Notes under the pieces: model-generated
What the model was told of the DNA's origin: nothing
The model's input: only the letters and a program-made list of their open reading frames with translations
The model's database searches: none
Assembly: GCA_963733195.1 (NCBI GenBank)
Contig: CAVTCR010000059.1
Coordinates: 160,001-224,000 of the forward strand
Source of the DNA: an uncultured delta proteobacterium
GTDB lineage: Bacteria > Desulfobacterota > Binatia > Bin18
Length of the DNA: 64,000 nucleotides
Direction of reading: 5' to 3'
Translations under genes and position numbers: made by a program
In this document: in pieces, positions 9,608-18,859 of the stretch
Position numbering within the stretch: position 1 is the first letter of the stretch
How the letters are laid out: the number at the start of each line of letters is the position of its first letter

Positions 9608-10372
9608 TTATCCAAGGGGTTCGCTTGGAATTGCAGGCGGAGGGTCAACAAAACTCCAGCCACTGGTGGCGTACCATTCAATTTGTCGTGCCATGCCGAG
9701 GAGAATGCGGACATCGCGTTCCTCAAGTCCAGCACGTCCGAGAATACGACGGAAGGCGAACATGATGTGCTCGGGATTGTCTTTATGAAGGAACCCAACT
9801 TTCAACAATGCGTGTTTGAGCTTCTCGTACATCAGCTCTTGTCGTTCTGCAACTGCCAGCGGGCGTGGAGTGTCAATCTTGTCCTCCTGAGTTGCGAGAA
9901 ACACCTCATAACAACACAAGAGCACTGCTTGCGCGACATTGAGAGAGGGGTAGGTCGCATCTGTTGGAATCATCATCAGACGGTGACAATAGCGAAGTTC
10001 CTCGTTCGATAATCCACTGTCTTCGCAACCAAACACGAGCGCCACGCGGTTTGTGGTCGCCGTTGCGAGGATATGTGGAGCTAAGGTGCGAGGCGTCACA
10101 GTATCCTCACGATACAATCCTGAGCGACAGGTGGTGCCGATAACGAGACCACAACCAGTAATAGCTGCTTGTACAGAGGTGTGAATCTGCATATGGTCGA
10201 GAACGTCACGGGCATGGACTGCCATCATGTCTGCCTGTGCACGGTGCACAGGGGCTGGGTTAACCAAGGCCAGTTCATTGACAGAAAAGTTGCGCATTGC
10301 CCGAGCAACCGCACCGATATTTCCCGAATATTGCGGTCGTACAAGGACGATCCGCAGGTTCATGAAGTTCAT
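9608..10372 (-). CDS. trmJ: tRNA/rRNA 2'-O-methyltransferase, TrmJ/LasT (SPOUT) family
   Basis: IVLVRPQYSGNIGAVARAMRNF, VFGCEDSGLSNEEL, YPSLNVAQAV. Confidence 0.88.
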   Translation of the reverse strand: MNFMNLRIVLVRPQYSGNIGAVARAMRNFSVNELALVNPAPVHRAQADMMAVHARDVLDHMQIHTSVQAAITGCGLVIGTTCRSGLYREDTVTPRTLAPHILATATTNRVALVFGCEDSGLSNEELRYCHRLMMIPTDATYPSLNVAQAVLLCCYEVFLATQEDKIDTPRPLAVAERQELMYEKLKHALLKVGFLHKDNPEHIMFAFRRILGRAGLEERDVRILLGMARQIEWYATSGWSFVDPPPAIPSEPLG

Positions 10373-10477
10373 ACGCGCGTTCTGGTCGTTTCCCTCAAGC
10401 GTGGAGCCCGCAAGAACGGCTGATAAACATTTTCCTTCAGGGGCAGTCCGACAAAAAAGACTGCGCCTCAGTTGATA

Positions 10478-10834
10478 CTAGTGTTTACTGGCCGCAGTAG
10501 TCTGGGAGTTCGCTGTGCTCCGCCGTTCTCGGAGCCAGCGAATGATAGCTTCTCTTTGCACGAACGGCCCACGGCGACGGGTGTGGTCACTTTCCCGATA
10601 GACGATGTCCGCTTCGAGCAATTCTTCGAGATATCGATGGAGAGGATAGGCGCCACCCTCTTCCCCCATTTCCTGCAGCAATTTGCGCAAGCGGTCGAGC
10701 CACTCGCCGTCGAGCTGAAGCTCGACGCGCAGTGGTCGTCCAATAGCGAGGACTTTCGACCGGATGTTCTTTTCCATGTACTCACCATGCTGCACAGGCG
10801 AGCGTAGTATTTCCCGATTCCGTCTGCTTTGCAA
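10478..10834 (-). CDS. Hypothetical protein, possibly ribbon-helix-helix; start uncertain
   Basis: LRVELQLDGEWLDRLRKLLQE...LHRYLEELLE gives a beta-alpha-alpha pattern. Confidence 0.5.
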   Translation of the reverse strand: MQSRRNREILRSPVQHGEYMEKNIRSKVLAIGRPLRVELQLDGEWLDRLRKLLQEMGEEGGAYPLHRYLEELLEADIVYRESDHTRRRGPFVQREAIIRWLRERRSTANSQTTAASKH

Positions 10835-10941
10835 GGCCGGGGACTCCTTTTGTTGGGTTTGCTTTTCTGCGTTGACCCATTGCTGGTCATCTACTAGAAC
10901 AGTTGAAGAAATAATCGCATGGTACCAGTGAATATCTTTTT

Positions 10942-11601
10942 ATGAAAATTGTTTCTTTTGGCGATGTGCATATGGCGATCGCGCAGATGAGTAAAATCGC
11001 GGTCGAACTCGCAAGTGCGGATCTCATTATTCTTTCGGGAGATCTCACAAACTTTGGCGGTCGCACTGATGCAGCGAGAGTCGTGTACGCTGCCAAGAGT
11101 TACTGCCCTCAGGTGCTTGCATTACCTGGGAATGTCGATCGGCCCGAGGTCATTGATTTTCTCCAAACTGAGCAAGTAAGTCTGCACCGTGAAAATCGCC
11201 GCCTGGATGAGTTGGCGATCTTTGGGTGTGGTGGGTCCAATCTCACGCCTTTTCACACGCCGTTAGAGTATGAGGATGGCGAACTTGGCGCGATTCTCGC
11301 AGACGCTTATGTGGGAGTGGCAGAGACTTTGGTTCAGCTGATGGTATGCCATACTCCTCCTCATGCAACAAAACTCGATCGTCTCACCAACGGTACTCCA
11401 GTTGGCAGTCAAGCAGTGCGACAGTTTATTGAACGACATCAACCGCAGGTCTGTATCACTGGACATATTCATGAGTCGCCAGGTATCGATCGTATCGGAC
11501 GCACGAAAATCCTCAATGCCGGTCCCTTCGCTGCCGGAGGCTACATCGTCGCATGGTGTAAAGATGGAACTCTCGACGCTGAGTTGAGGTTTACTTCATA
11601 G
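10942..11601 (+). CDS. Metallophosphoesterase (calcineurin-like, Icc-related)
   Basis: GDVH, SGDLT, PGNVD, CHTPP and GHIHE motifs. Confidence 0.9.
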   Translation: MKIVSFGDVHMAIAQMSKIAVELASADLIILSGDLTNFGGRTDAARVVYAAKSYCPQVLALPGNVDRPEVIDFLQTEQVSLHRENRRLDELAIFGCGGSNLTPFHTPLEYEDGELGAILADAYVGVAETLVQLMVCHTPPHATKLDRLTNGTPVGSQAVRQFIERHQPQVCITGHIHESPGIDRIGRTKILNAGPFAAGGYIVAWCKDGTLDAELRFTS

Positions 11602-11633
11602 CCACTAGACATACACAAGAACAGTCAGAACCA

Positions 11634-12686
11634 ATGGCTACCCTCCGTTCGAGTGCAACCGCACATCCACCGTACTGCTATGACCAAGCTGAGGTCATCG
11701 CTGCATTGCCGTTGTGGTTGAGTGTCGAGCGACGACTGTTGACACTTGCGCAGCGAGTGTTTGAAAACGCGGCGGTACAAACACGCTACGGCTGCCGACC
11801 ATTACTCGATTTGTCACAGCCACTGTCTGTGACTGAAACCAGCCAACTCTATCGACAGTATGCTTGTCAATTAGGAGAAGAAGTGGTCCGCGAGAGTTTG
11901 GCGCGTGTGAACGTTGCACCAGGGGAAGTGGACCTCGTCATTACGACCTCTTGCACCGGGTTCATGATTCCTTCGCTTGATGCCTACCTCGCCAATACTT
12001 TGGGCTTTTCAGCGCATGTGAAACGACTACCCGTGACCGAGCTTGGATGTGCGGCTGGTGGAGTAGCCCTCGCACGGGCCTTCGACTACCTCCAAGCGTT
12101 TCCACGTCACACTGTCCTGGTTGTAGCAGTAGAACTACCATCGCTGACTTTCCAGTTCCAAGACTTGTCCCATGCCAATGTGATATCGAGTGCTTTGTTT
12201 GGTGATGGTGCTGTAGCGGTCGTGTTGTCCGGTGAATTGCTGCCTGGACGGCCACGCATTCTTGCCACTGAGAGTACGCTCTTTCCACAGACGACTGGGG
12301 TAATGGGTTTCGACCTACGCGACTCCGGTTTTCATATCGTTCTTTCTGCCGAGATTCCCGAGCTTGTTTACGCTGAAGTCCCACAACTCGTTGCGCGCTT
12401 TCTCGGCACACAGGGGTTGACAGTTAGTGATATCTCGCATTTTCTTTTGCACCCAGGTGGGAGGCGTGTACTTGAGGGAATAGTTGAGTGCTTGGGGATT
12501 ACGTCAGAGCAAGCGACAGTGAGTACAACCATCCTGCGAGACCACGGTAATCTTTCTTCTGCGTCAGTACTGTATATTCTTGATCGCTTCCTGACGACAG
12601 AGCAAACGCAATCTGGCGACCTTGGATTACTGCTCGCGTTCGGTCCGGGGTTTAGTGCGGAGTCACTATTATTACGGTGGGAATAA
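11634..12686 (+). CDS. Type III polyketide synthase (chalcone synthase-like)
   Basis: Cys-His-Asn triad in LGCAAG, HPGG and GNLSS; ALFGDG; AFGPGF. Confidence 0.93.
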   Translation: MATLRSSATAHPPYCYDQAEVIAALPLWLSVERRLLTLAQRVFENAAVQTRYGCRPLLDLSQPLSVTETSQLYRQYACQLGEEVVRESLARVNVAPGEVDLVITTSCTGFMIPSLDAYLANTLGFSAHVKRLPVTELGCAAGGVALARAFDYLQAFPRHTVLVVAVELPSLTFQFQDLSHANVISSALFGDGAVAVVLSGELLPGRPRILATESTLFPQTTGVMGFDLRDSGFHIVLSAEIPELVYAEVPQLVARFLGTQGLTVSDISHFLLHPGGRRVLEGIVECLGITSEQATVSTTILRDHGNLSSASVLYILDRFLTTEQTQSGDLGLLLAFGPGFSAESLLLRWE

Positions 12687-12810
12687 AAGTTGACGATTTT
12701 TGCCACGAGAATATTTGATGAACCCAGGTGTAGTTCTTGATTACTGGTCTTCGCCCACTACCCAACTTGCAGGACCGGCCCTGATACTTCTTCCCTCTTC
12801 GTTCCTTCAC

Positions 12811-13383
12811 TTGACTTCTCTTTGGTATCTGGTGCTTCTGGCTGGCTTTGCTGCCCTTCGCCTCGGCGAGCTCGTGTTCTCCACGCAGCATCAAGTACGT
12901 TTGTGCGCTGAAGGAGCCACCAAGCTTCGGGAGCCACTCTACCCGTTGATGATTACTATTCATTTTGGGCTCTTTGTTGGCAGCGCACTAGAAGTAATTC
13001 TGTATCATCGCCCGTTCATTCTGTGGATCGGGGGACCAATACTTGTCTTGCTCGCTTTTTGTCTCGTCGGGCGAATATGGGTGTGGCGGAGTCTAGGTGA
13101 ACAATGGAATGTGCAAATTATGACTACTTCACGTCCGATTGTTGACTCAGGCCCATATTGTTATGTCCGCCATCCTAACTACACGATCGTGATTGTAGAG
13201 ATGTTCGCGTTGCCACTCGTCCACAGTGCATATGTTACTGCACTGGTGTGTTCTGTGGTGAACGCCTTCGTATTACGGGAACGTATTCGGCATGAGGAAG
13301 CGGTACTGTTTGCCCGCCCTGAATATAGGGCAAAAATGGCCACGAAGCCACGCTTCCTCCCTCTTTTCATGCGAGCACGTTGA
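12811..13383 (+). CDS. Isoprenylcysteine carboxyl methyltransferase-family protein (SrsB/BpsB-like); start uncertain (ORF track gives 12700)
   Basis: LGEQWNVQI...SGPYCYVRHPNY...ERIRHEEAVL; follows the type III PKS. Confidence 0.88.
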   Translation: MTSLWYLVLLAGFAALRLGELVFSTQHQVRLCAEGATKLREPLYPLMITIHFGLFVGSALEVILYHRPFILWIGGPILVLLAFCLVGRIWVWRSLGEQWNVQIMTTSRPIVDSGPYCYVRHPNYTIVIVEMFALPLVHSAYVTALVCSVVNAFVLRERIRHEEAVLFARPEYRAKMATKPRFLPLFMRAR

Positions 13384-14486
13384 TGTTCCTCCTCGCGTGC
13401 AAGAACCTTCTCGTTCATAGGAGTCGCTTCTTGCTGGCGATTGCTGGCATTAGTAGTGCCGTGATCTTGGTTCTCCTCCTGATGGGGCTGTACGACGGGT
13501 GGCGGGAGCACATGTCCGCCTACTTGAATCATGTGCACACAGATGTGTGGATTGGGCAGAAAGGTGCCTATGATCTCTTTCAGACCCTGTCATTGCTTCC
13601 GGCTGAGGGTGAGGACTTGTTACGGGAAGCTGATGGTGTCAAGAAAGTCTCGCCGTTCGTGGGTCGCTTGATGACGATTGAAGTGAGAGGACAGAAACGG
13701 CACAGCTTTATCGTCGGTGTCGCAGATACAGACAGTGGACCCGTAGAGCTTGTGAGCGGATCGGTTGCATTGCGCGACGGTGAGATCGTCATCGATGAGG
13801 TATTCGCCCGTAAAGAACGGCTGACCGTAGGTGACAATCTGACCATCAAAGATACTCCTTTCCGCATTATTGGTGTTGCTCGTGGAGGCAACTGTTTTCT
13901 TTATCAATATGCCTTTGTGACGCTCGCACAAGCGAAGCGACTGTTCAGTATGGATGGGCTGGTGAACTACTTCCTTGTGCAGCTTGCTCCAGATGTCCAA
14001 GTTGAGGAGGCAGTCGTTCAAATCGAAGAGACCTCACCTCTTGTTTCAGCGTTTCCAAAGGCACAGTTCACAGCGAACAATCTGTCACTCACCGGGGATA
14101 ATTTTCTCCCCATCCTCCGTGTGTTGGAGGTGATTGGCCTGTTAGTCGGAACGATCGTCATTGGACTGACTGTTTCAACCCTGACTGCAGAACGTAGCGC
14201 TGAATACGGTGTACTCAAGGCAATTGGAGCGTCGAACCGCACGTTGTATTGGACGGCCATGCAACAAGCATTAATTTGTGGTCTCTGCGGTTGGCTGATC
14301 GGTGTCCCGGCAAGTTGGGGAGTAATGGCGGCTGCGCAGTATTTCGTGCCACAATTTCCGGCTGTGACTTATTTACGTCACGCGTTATGGATGCTGGGAG
14401 GAACAATCGCCATGAGTCTGCTTGCGGCGATGTTTCCCATACGACGCATTGCACACATTGATCCGGTAGTGGCGTTTAAGGGATAA
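13383..14486 (+). CDS. ABC transporter permease (FtsX/MacB-like)
   Basis: N-terminal TM, periplasmic domain, ERSAEYGVLKAIGAS, IDPVVAFKG; TGATG coupling to the ICMT gene. Confidence 0.88.
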   Translation: MFLLACKNLLVHRSRFLLAIAGISSAVILVLLLMGLYDGWREHMSAYLNHVHTDVWIGQKGAYDLFQTLSLLPAEGEDLLREADGVKKVSPFVGRLMTIEVRGQKRHSFIVGVADTDSGPVELVSGSVALRDGEIVIDEVFARKERLTVGDNLTIKDTPFRIIGVARGGNCFLYQYAFVTLAQAKRLFSMDGLVNYFLVQLAPDVQVEEAVVQIEETSPLVSAFPKAQFTANNLSLTGDNFLPILRVLEVIGLLVGTIVIGLTVSTLTAERSAEYGVLKAIGASNRTLYWTAMQQALICGLCGWLIGVPASWGVMAAAQYFVPQFPAVTYLRHALWMLGGTIAMSLLAAMFPIRRIAHIDPVVAFKG

Positions 14487-14510
14487 AGCCTGAGCTACGA
14501 GAACCGAAGG

Positions 14511-15263
14511 ATGAGTCAGGAGAAACAAAGAAATGGAGGCAGAAGCACTCAGTCCTCAGTCCTGAGCCCTGAGCACTTACAACCTGTCATTCATCTTCAG
14601 AACGTCACTAAGATTTATGGTTCTGGTGAGACTGCTGTCATTGCTGTGAATGGAGTCAGTCTAAGCGTATCTGTTGGAGAATTGGTACTCATTCTTGGTC
14701 CATCGGGAGCGGGAAAAACGACGCTGCTTTCGCTCATCGGAGGATTACTACAGCCCACAACGGGAGTTATTCGGGTAGCAGGCAGCGACCTCAGCCAACT
14801 CTCTTCTACTGCACTTGCGGATTTTCGTTTGCGTCAGATCGGCTTTGTCTTTCAATTTTTTCAGCTGTTCTCTGCTCTCACTGCACGTGAAAATATCGAG
14901 ATGCCACTTCGGCTTGCTGGACATGTTGCACGAGAAGCGCGACAACAAGCTGAGGTTTTGTTGGCGCGTTTCGGTCTGAGCCAGCGATCGTCCCATCGCC
15001 CTCAAGATTTATCTGGGGGAGAAAAACAGCGGATCGCTCTGGCTCGTGCGCTAGCGTTGCGCCCCCCAGTGATTATTGCCGATGAGCCAACTGGAAGCCT
15101 GGACTCCCGCAACGGCGAAGAGGTTATTCGTTTTTTGCGACAATTAGTTGATGACGAACAGCGCACGGTACTAGTTGCAAGCCATGACCAGCGGCTTATG
15201 CAGGTGGCAACACGAATATTGCACTGCGAGGATGGTTGTCTCACTAGCGGCTACCGTGAGTAA
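14511..15263 (+). CDS. ABC transporter ATP-binding protein (LolD/MacB-like)
   Basis: GPSGAGKT Walker A, LSGGEKQR signature, IIADEPTG. Confidence 0.92.
   Translation: MSQEKQRNGGRSTQSSVLSPEHLQPVIHLQNVTKIYGSGETAVIAVNGVSLSVSVGELVLILGPSGAGKTTLLSLIGGLLQPTTGVIRVAGSDLSQLSSTALADFRLRQIGFVFQFFQLFSALTARENIEMPLRLAGHVAREARQQAEVLLARFGLSQRSSHRPQDLSGGEKQRIALARALALRPPVIIADEPTGSLDSRNGEEVIRFLRQLVDDEQRTVLVASHDQRLMQVATRILHCEDGCLTSGYRE
14544..14578 (+). repeat. Heptamer tandem array (AGNMCTN x5)
   Basis: AGCACTC AGTCCTC AGTCCTG AGCCCTG AGCACTT. Confidence 0.75.
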
Positions 15264-15372
15264 GATAGCTTGGTTGTCTCGCCTCCGAACTATAGTATTC
15301 TGGGCAGATCTTCTCTCGGACGATGACGTGTTTGCCGAAACGAGCCATCGTTTCCACATGCCCAACAGGGTT

Positions 15373-15406
15373 AGGACAGTACGCGCGTTTCTGCGAGTAC
15401 TGTCCT
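15373..15406. terminator. Stem-loop between convergent genes
   Basis: AGGACAGTAC...GTACTGTCCT, perfect 10-bp arms. Confidence 0.45.
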
Positions 15407-15548
15407 CGCCAGAAGACTGCACGCCTCTTATACACTTGGTGTGAGATGGACGGAGGCCAGAACAAACTGTTGTTCACCCTCTTTTCTCCATGCCACAGAA
15501 AGTGCTGAATCTCCACATATGAGGTCAGGGACTCCTGAGGGCAAGCCC

Positions 15549-15998
15549 TTATGGTGCGTATTGTTCCGGGAAGGGAAGAGAAGCTGGCAATATTTCCGGT
15601 AAAGGAAACGGCTGCTGCTCTTCCACTATCTGCGGGATTACATTGGCTACTGGCCTGCGTGGCATGGGAGTTGTAGAACGCCCCACCAGTGCACGCGACC
15701 AATCAATTTTGTCTGCTTCGGGTAGTTTGGCGATTAACACCTTGGAAACTTCCGACCAGACGCCGGCCTTTTGCCATTCATATAACCTTCGCCAACACGT
15801 CATACCAGAACCACACCCCATCTCGCGCGGTAATGCCTCCCAAGGAATGCCGCTTTTCAAAACAAAGAGAATACCCGTAAAGACTTTTCGGTTATCGACC
15901 GGTTTACGTCCGGGAAAGCTATATCTCCGTGGTTTCGGGGGAGGAAGCAACGCAGCAAGTTCTTCCCAGAGTTCGTTGCTTAACAGTGGTTTGGCCAT
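15549..15998 (-). CDS. Solo IS5-family transposase N-terminal (DUF4096) domain protein with no DDE domain
   Basis: LSNELWEELAALLPPPKPRR...GRKPVDNRKVFTGILFVLKSGIPWEALPREMGCGSGMTCWRRLYEWQKAGVW; GAGGAG RBS; Pro-rich tail. Confidence 0.8.
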   Translation of the reverse strand: MAKPLLSNELWEELAALLPPPKPRRYSFPGRKPVDNRKVFTGILFVLKSGIPWEALPREMGCGSGMTCWRRLYEWQKAGVWSEVSKVLIAKLPEADKIDWSRALVGRSTTPMPRRPVANVIPQIVEEQQPFPLPEILPASLPFPEQYAP

Positions 15999-16141
15999 AG
16001 ACTCCTCTCTAACCAGGTCTTTACTATTGCTAAGACCTCGTTCTTAGATGAGAAGCATCGGTTGACTATGAGGGAACTTGAGCAAGAAGGAATCGATAGT
16101 CGTGGCGAGAGGAAGGACCTATAACATAAAGCCCGCTCCAC

Positions 16142-17011
16142 TCATTTTGTTATAATTTGATGATACTCCTCGGGTCGCCGGTCGGCGAGAAAATCCCACT
16201 GCTTTCTGAGTGCAGTGATGTCATCAAGGTCAATCGTTGTAACGATTAGTTCATCTCCCGTAGTTTGTGCTTTCGCGAGTATCTTGCCAGTCGGTGCGAT
16301 GATGGCACTCCCACCAATATACTCCGCTCCATCTTCGACGCCAGCTTTCCCAACCGCAATGACGAAAACCTGATTTTCCATTGCTCCTGCACGTAGGAGA
16401 ATCTCCGAAGTTTCTTGTCCCACTTCTCGCGGCTGGCGAAATGTTGGGGTGTTGTAGGGGACACAGAGGAGTTCTGCTCCCTGTAATGCCAAGGAGCGAT
16501 AACTTTCTGAGAAGCGGCGATCATAACAGATGCATGTACCGATCTGAGTTGTGGGAATCGCGACTACTGGAAATCCTAAATTCCCGCCAGAGAAATAGCG
16601 CTTCTCAAGAATGTTCAATCCTTCCCATTGTGGTTCGACCCAACCGGGAATGTGCATCTTCCGATACTTACCGAGGACGACCCCTTCGGGAGCGATCACC
16701 GCGGCGCTGTTATAATACTTACTACCGTCACGTTCAGCGTAAGGAAGCACGAAAAAAAGTCCAGCCTGGCGAGCTGTGTGAAAAAGAGGTTGCGTGACTG
16801 GCGAGGGAAGCGAATCCTCAAAAAACGCCTCGACCGAGGAGTGAACTTTCGTAGCAAAGTATGGTGTCAACGATAGTTCAGGAAAAACAAGCAAGGTGAC
16901 TCCTTGTTTTCCTGCTTCCTCCATCAGTTCTACCATACGACTAACTGTCTGTTCTTTACTGAGTGAGCTTGGACCTAATTGTGCGGCGGCAACATTGAGA
17001 AATCGTCCCAT
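16142..17011 (-). CDS. Nitrilase-superfamily C-N hydrolase, N-carbamoyl-D-amino acid hydrolase-like
   Basis: Glu-Lys-Cys triad: FPELSLTPYF, YRKMHIPG, ICYDRRF; LEKRYF. Confidence 0.85.
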   Translation of the reverse strand: MGRFLNVAAAQLGPSSLSKEQTVSRMVELMEEAGKQGVTLLVFPELSLTPYFATKVHSSVEAFFEDSLPSPVTQPLFHTARQAGLFFVLPYAERDGSKYYNSAAVIAPEGVVLGKYRKMHIPGWVEPQWEGLNILEKRYFSGGNLGFPVVAIPTTQIGTCICYDRRFSESYRSLALQGAELLCVPYNTPTFRQPREVGQETSEILLRAGAMENQVFVIAVGKAGVEDGAEYIGGSAIIAPTGKILAKAQTTGDELIVTTIDLDDITALRKQWDFLADRRPEEYHQIITK

Positions 17012-17149
17012 AAAGCTCCTCCCTTCTTGCTTGCCATTACCGCGAAATAGCGGCAGACGTCAACAGAAAAAGAGGCGTGACGTAGCTGAGGAGGACTCCG
17101 CGTTCCTCAGAGCAGTTTGGGTGAAGGCTGGAATGTGAGTGAGGGAAGC

Positions 17150-17644
17150 TTACCGAGCACTAGCCGCAAAGAAGATTTTTAGTGCCTTTACTCCGGCCAC
17201 TAAGGCAAAGACATAACGCATCCGAAACAGTCCATCTTCAACCTGAGACGCAACATCCTCTAAGGGGGAGGAATGTCGTGTAGGACTCGGTGGCACCTTG
17301 GTTGACCGTTCCACTGGAGGAGGTTCTAAGCGTTCCTTTACAGGAGCTGGATTTGGGGTCGCGGAGGCCTTCGCTGTTGCTACTGGTTTCTTCGCTTTCT
17401 TCCCGCCGTCAAGATCAGTAATTTTCACGATATCCTTCTTCTGAAAGGCAAATGAGCCAAGCGAAGTATGAACTCTTACGGTATCGCCATTCTCTTCATA
17501 ATTGGCGACCGTCATACGATGGCCGTCGGCAAATTCAATGATGAATTTCGCGTGTGCAGAGACTGGCAACAGAAAAAGCAACGCACTTAGCACGAATATG
17601 ATTCGTAGGGGGGAGGGGTGGCGCATAGCTATTCTCCGATTCAC
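17150..17644 (-). CDS. Hypothetical exported protein with a C-terminal hydrophobic segment
   Basis: Signal peptide ending AHA, Pro-rich linker, C-terminal YVFALVAGVKALKIFF. Confidence 0.7.
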   Translation of the reverse strand: MNRRIAMRHPSPLRIIFVLSALLFLLPVSAHAKFIIEFADGHRMTVANYEENGDTVRVHTSLGSFAFQKKDIVKITDLDGGKKAKKPVATAKASATPNPAPVKERLEPPPVERSTKVPPSPTRHSSPLEDVASQVEDGLFRMRYVFALVAGVKALKIFFAASAR

Positions 17645-17959
17645 GAAATATGACTCCTGATACCGGGAGTATCGGAACTGAGAATACGAATCTTTAATTC
17701 CACAAAAGCTATGTGATCAATGACAGAGAAATGGCATGGAAACGGGCAATTTGCGCTCTTTGTGTTATCTTGTGGATTTCCTTCGTTCGTAAGACATCGG
17801 AATTTCTTTCGTATGCTATTTTTTGTTCTTTCGTGTTTTATGAGGGAAAACAAGAAGACGGGCTGCCGTAGTTGACTATTCTCTTCTCTGATCGGATTGT
17901 TGCGGGCTTCCTTCTTCTGACATAAGAACAACCTACGAAGAAAGAAAGAGGGAGTCCTT

Positions 17960-18781
17960 ATGCCGCATGTGGATGATCGCGGAGTAAAGCTTTGGTATCG
18001 CGTCAAGGGCAATGGTGAACCACTTGTCTTGAGTGGTGGATTTGGGCTACTACACAATCAGTTTGATTATGTTGTGGACCTCTTGGCTGAGGAGTTTCAG
18101 GTCATTGATTGGCATTATCGCGGTGCTGGGGAGTCTGACCGCGCCTGGGTTGGCGGTTATCCGCTTGATCGTTGGGTGGATGACTTAGAAGTGATCCTTA
18201 ACTACCTCAACATCAAAGGAGTGCATCTATGGGGAACTTCGACAGGCGCGCCATTATCGATCCGTTATGCAGCTCGTTATCCGCAACGTGTCAAAAGCCT
18301 CATCACCTATCCGAGCTTCAAAGCCGGAATCGCTTCACGCAAGATGTTTCAGGTGTTTCTCGATATTACTGAGGTCTTTGGCTATGAAGCGTTAGCGCGT
18401 TTCACTGCGTGGATTGGTTGCGCAGACCAGAATGTGTTTTCACAGATTGGTAATGACATAGCAATTTTCGAGGCGGAGGCGTTCAAGCGCAATTTTTCGA
18501 TCGAATCATTGGCGAAGACGCTAGAAGTCTTCACGCAGATCGATCTCACCAGTGATTTAGAGAAGATCAAAGTGCCAACGCTGATTTTGCTAGGAGACTC
18601 CGGAAAGCTGGGAGGAAAAACGGCATCAATGATTGACGCGATTCGCGTCTTTCGTATGCATTGCCCGCATAGCCAGGTCGTGCAAATTCCCGACGGTGGT
18701 GGCACTTACTGCATGATTGAGAAACCGCAGGAGTCGGCACAAGCGGTGAGTACGTTTATTAAGAGTTTTTCGAAGACGTGA
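17960..18781 (+). CDS. Alpha/beta-hydrolase fold protein with a non-canonical catalytic site
   Basis: GxSxG (GTSTG), YRGAGES; the usual catalytic His position reads GGGTYC. Confidence 0.85.
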   Translation: MPHVDDRGVKLWYRVKGNGEPLVLSGGFGLLHNQFDYVVDLLAEEFQVIDWHYRGAGESDRAWVGGYPLDRWVDDLEVILNYLNIKGVHLWGTSTGAPLSIRYAARYPQRVKSLITYPSFKAGIASRKMFQVFLDITEVFGYEALARFTAWIGCADQNVFSQIGNDIAIFEAEAFKRNFSIESLAKTLEVFTQIDLTSDLEKIKVPTLILLGDSGKLGGKTASMIDAIRVFRMHCPHSQVVQIPDGGGTYCMIEKPQESAQAVSTFIKSFSKT

Positions 18782-18859
18782 CGCGTGAAACGTAATGCAT
18801 GAAAAAAGAAGGTACGTTACGCTTTACGTTTCACGCGACAGGCTACACGCATCACGTTC
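18774..18859. repeat. Inverted pair of heptamer arrays (NNNCGTR family)
   Basis: AGACGTG ACGCGTG AAACGTA ATGCATG...TACGCTT TACGTTT CACGCGA CAGGCTA CACGCAT CACGTTC; perfect 14-bp IR at 18782-18795 / 18824-18837. Confidence 0.8.
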
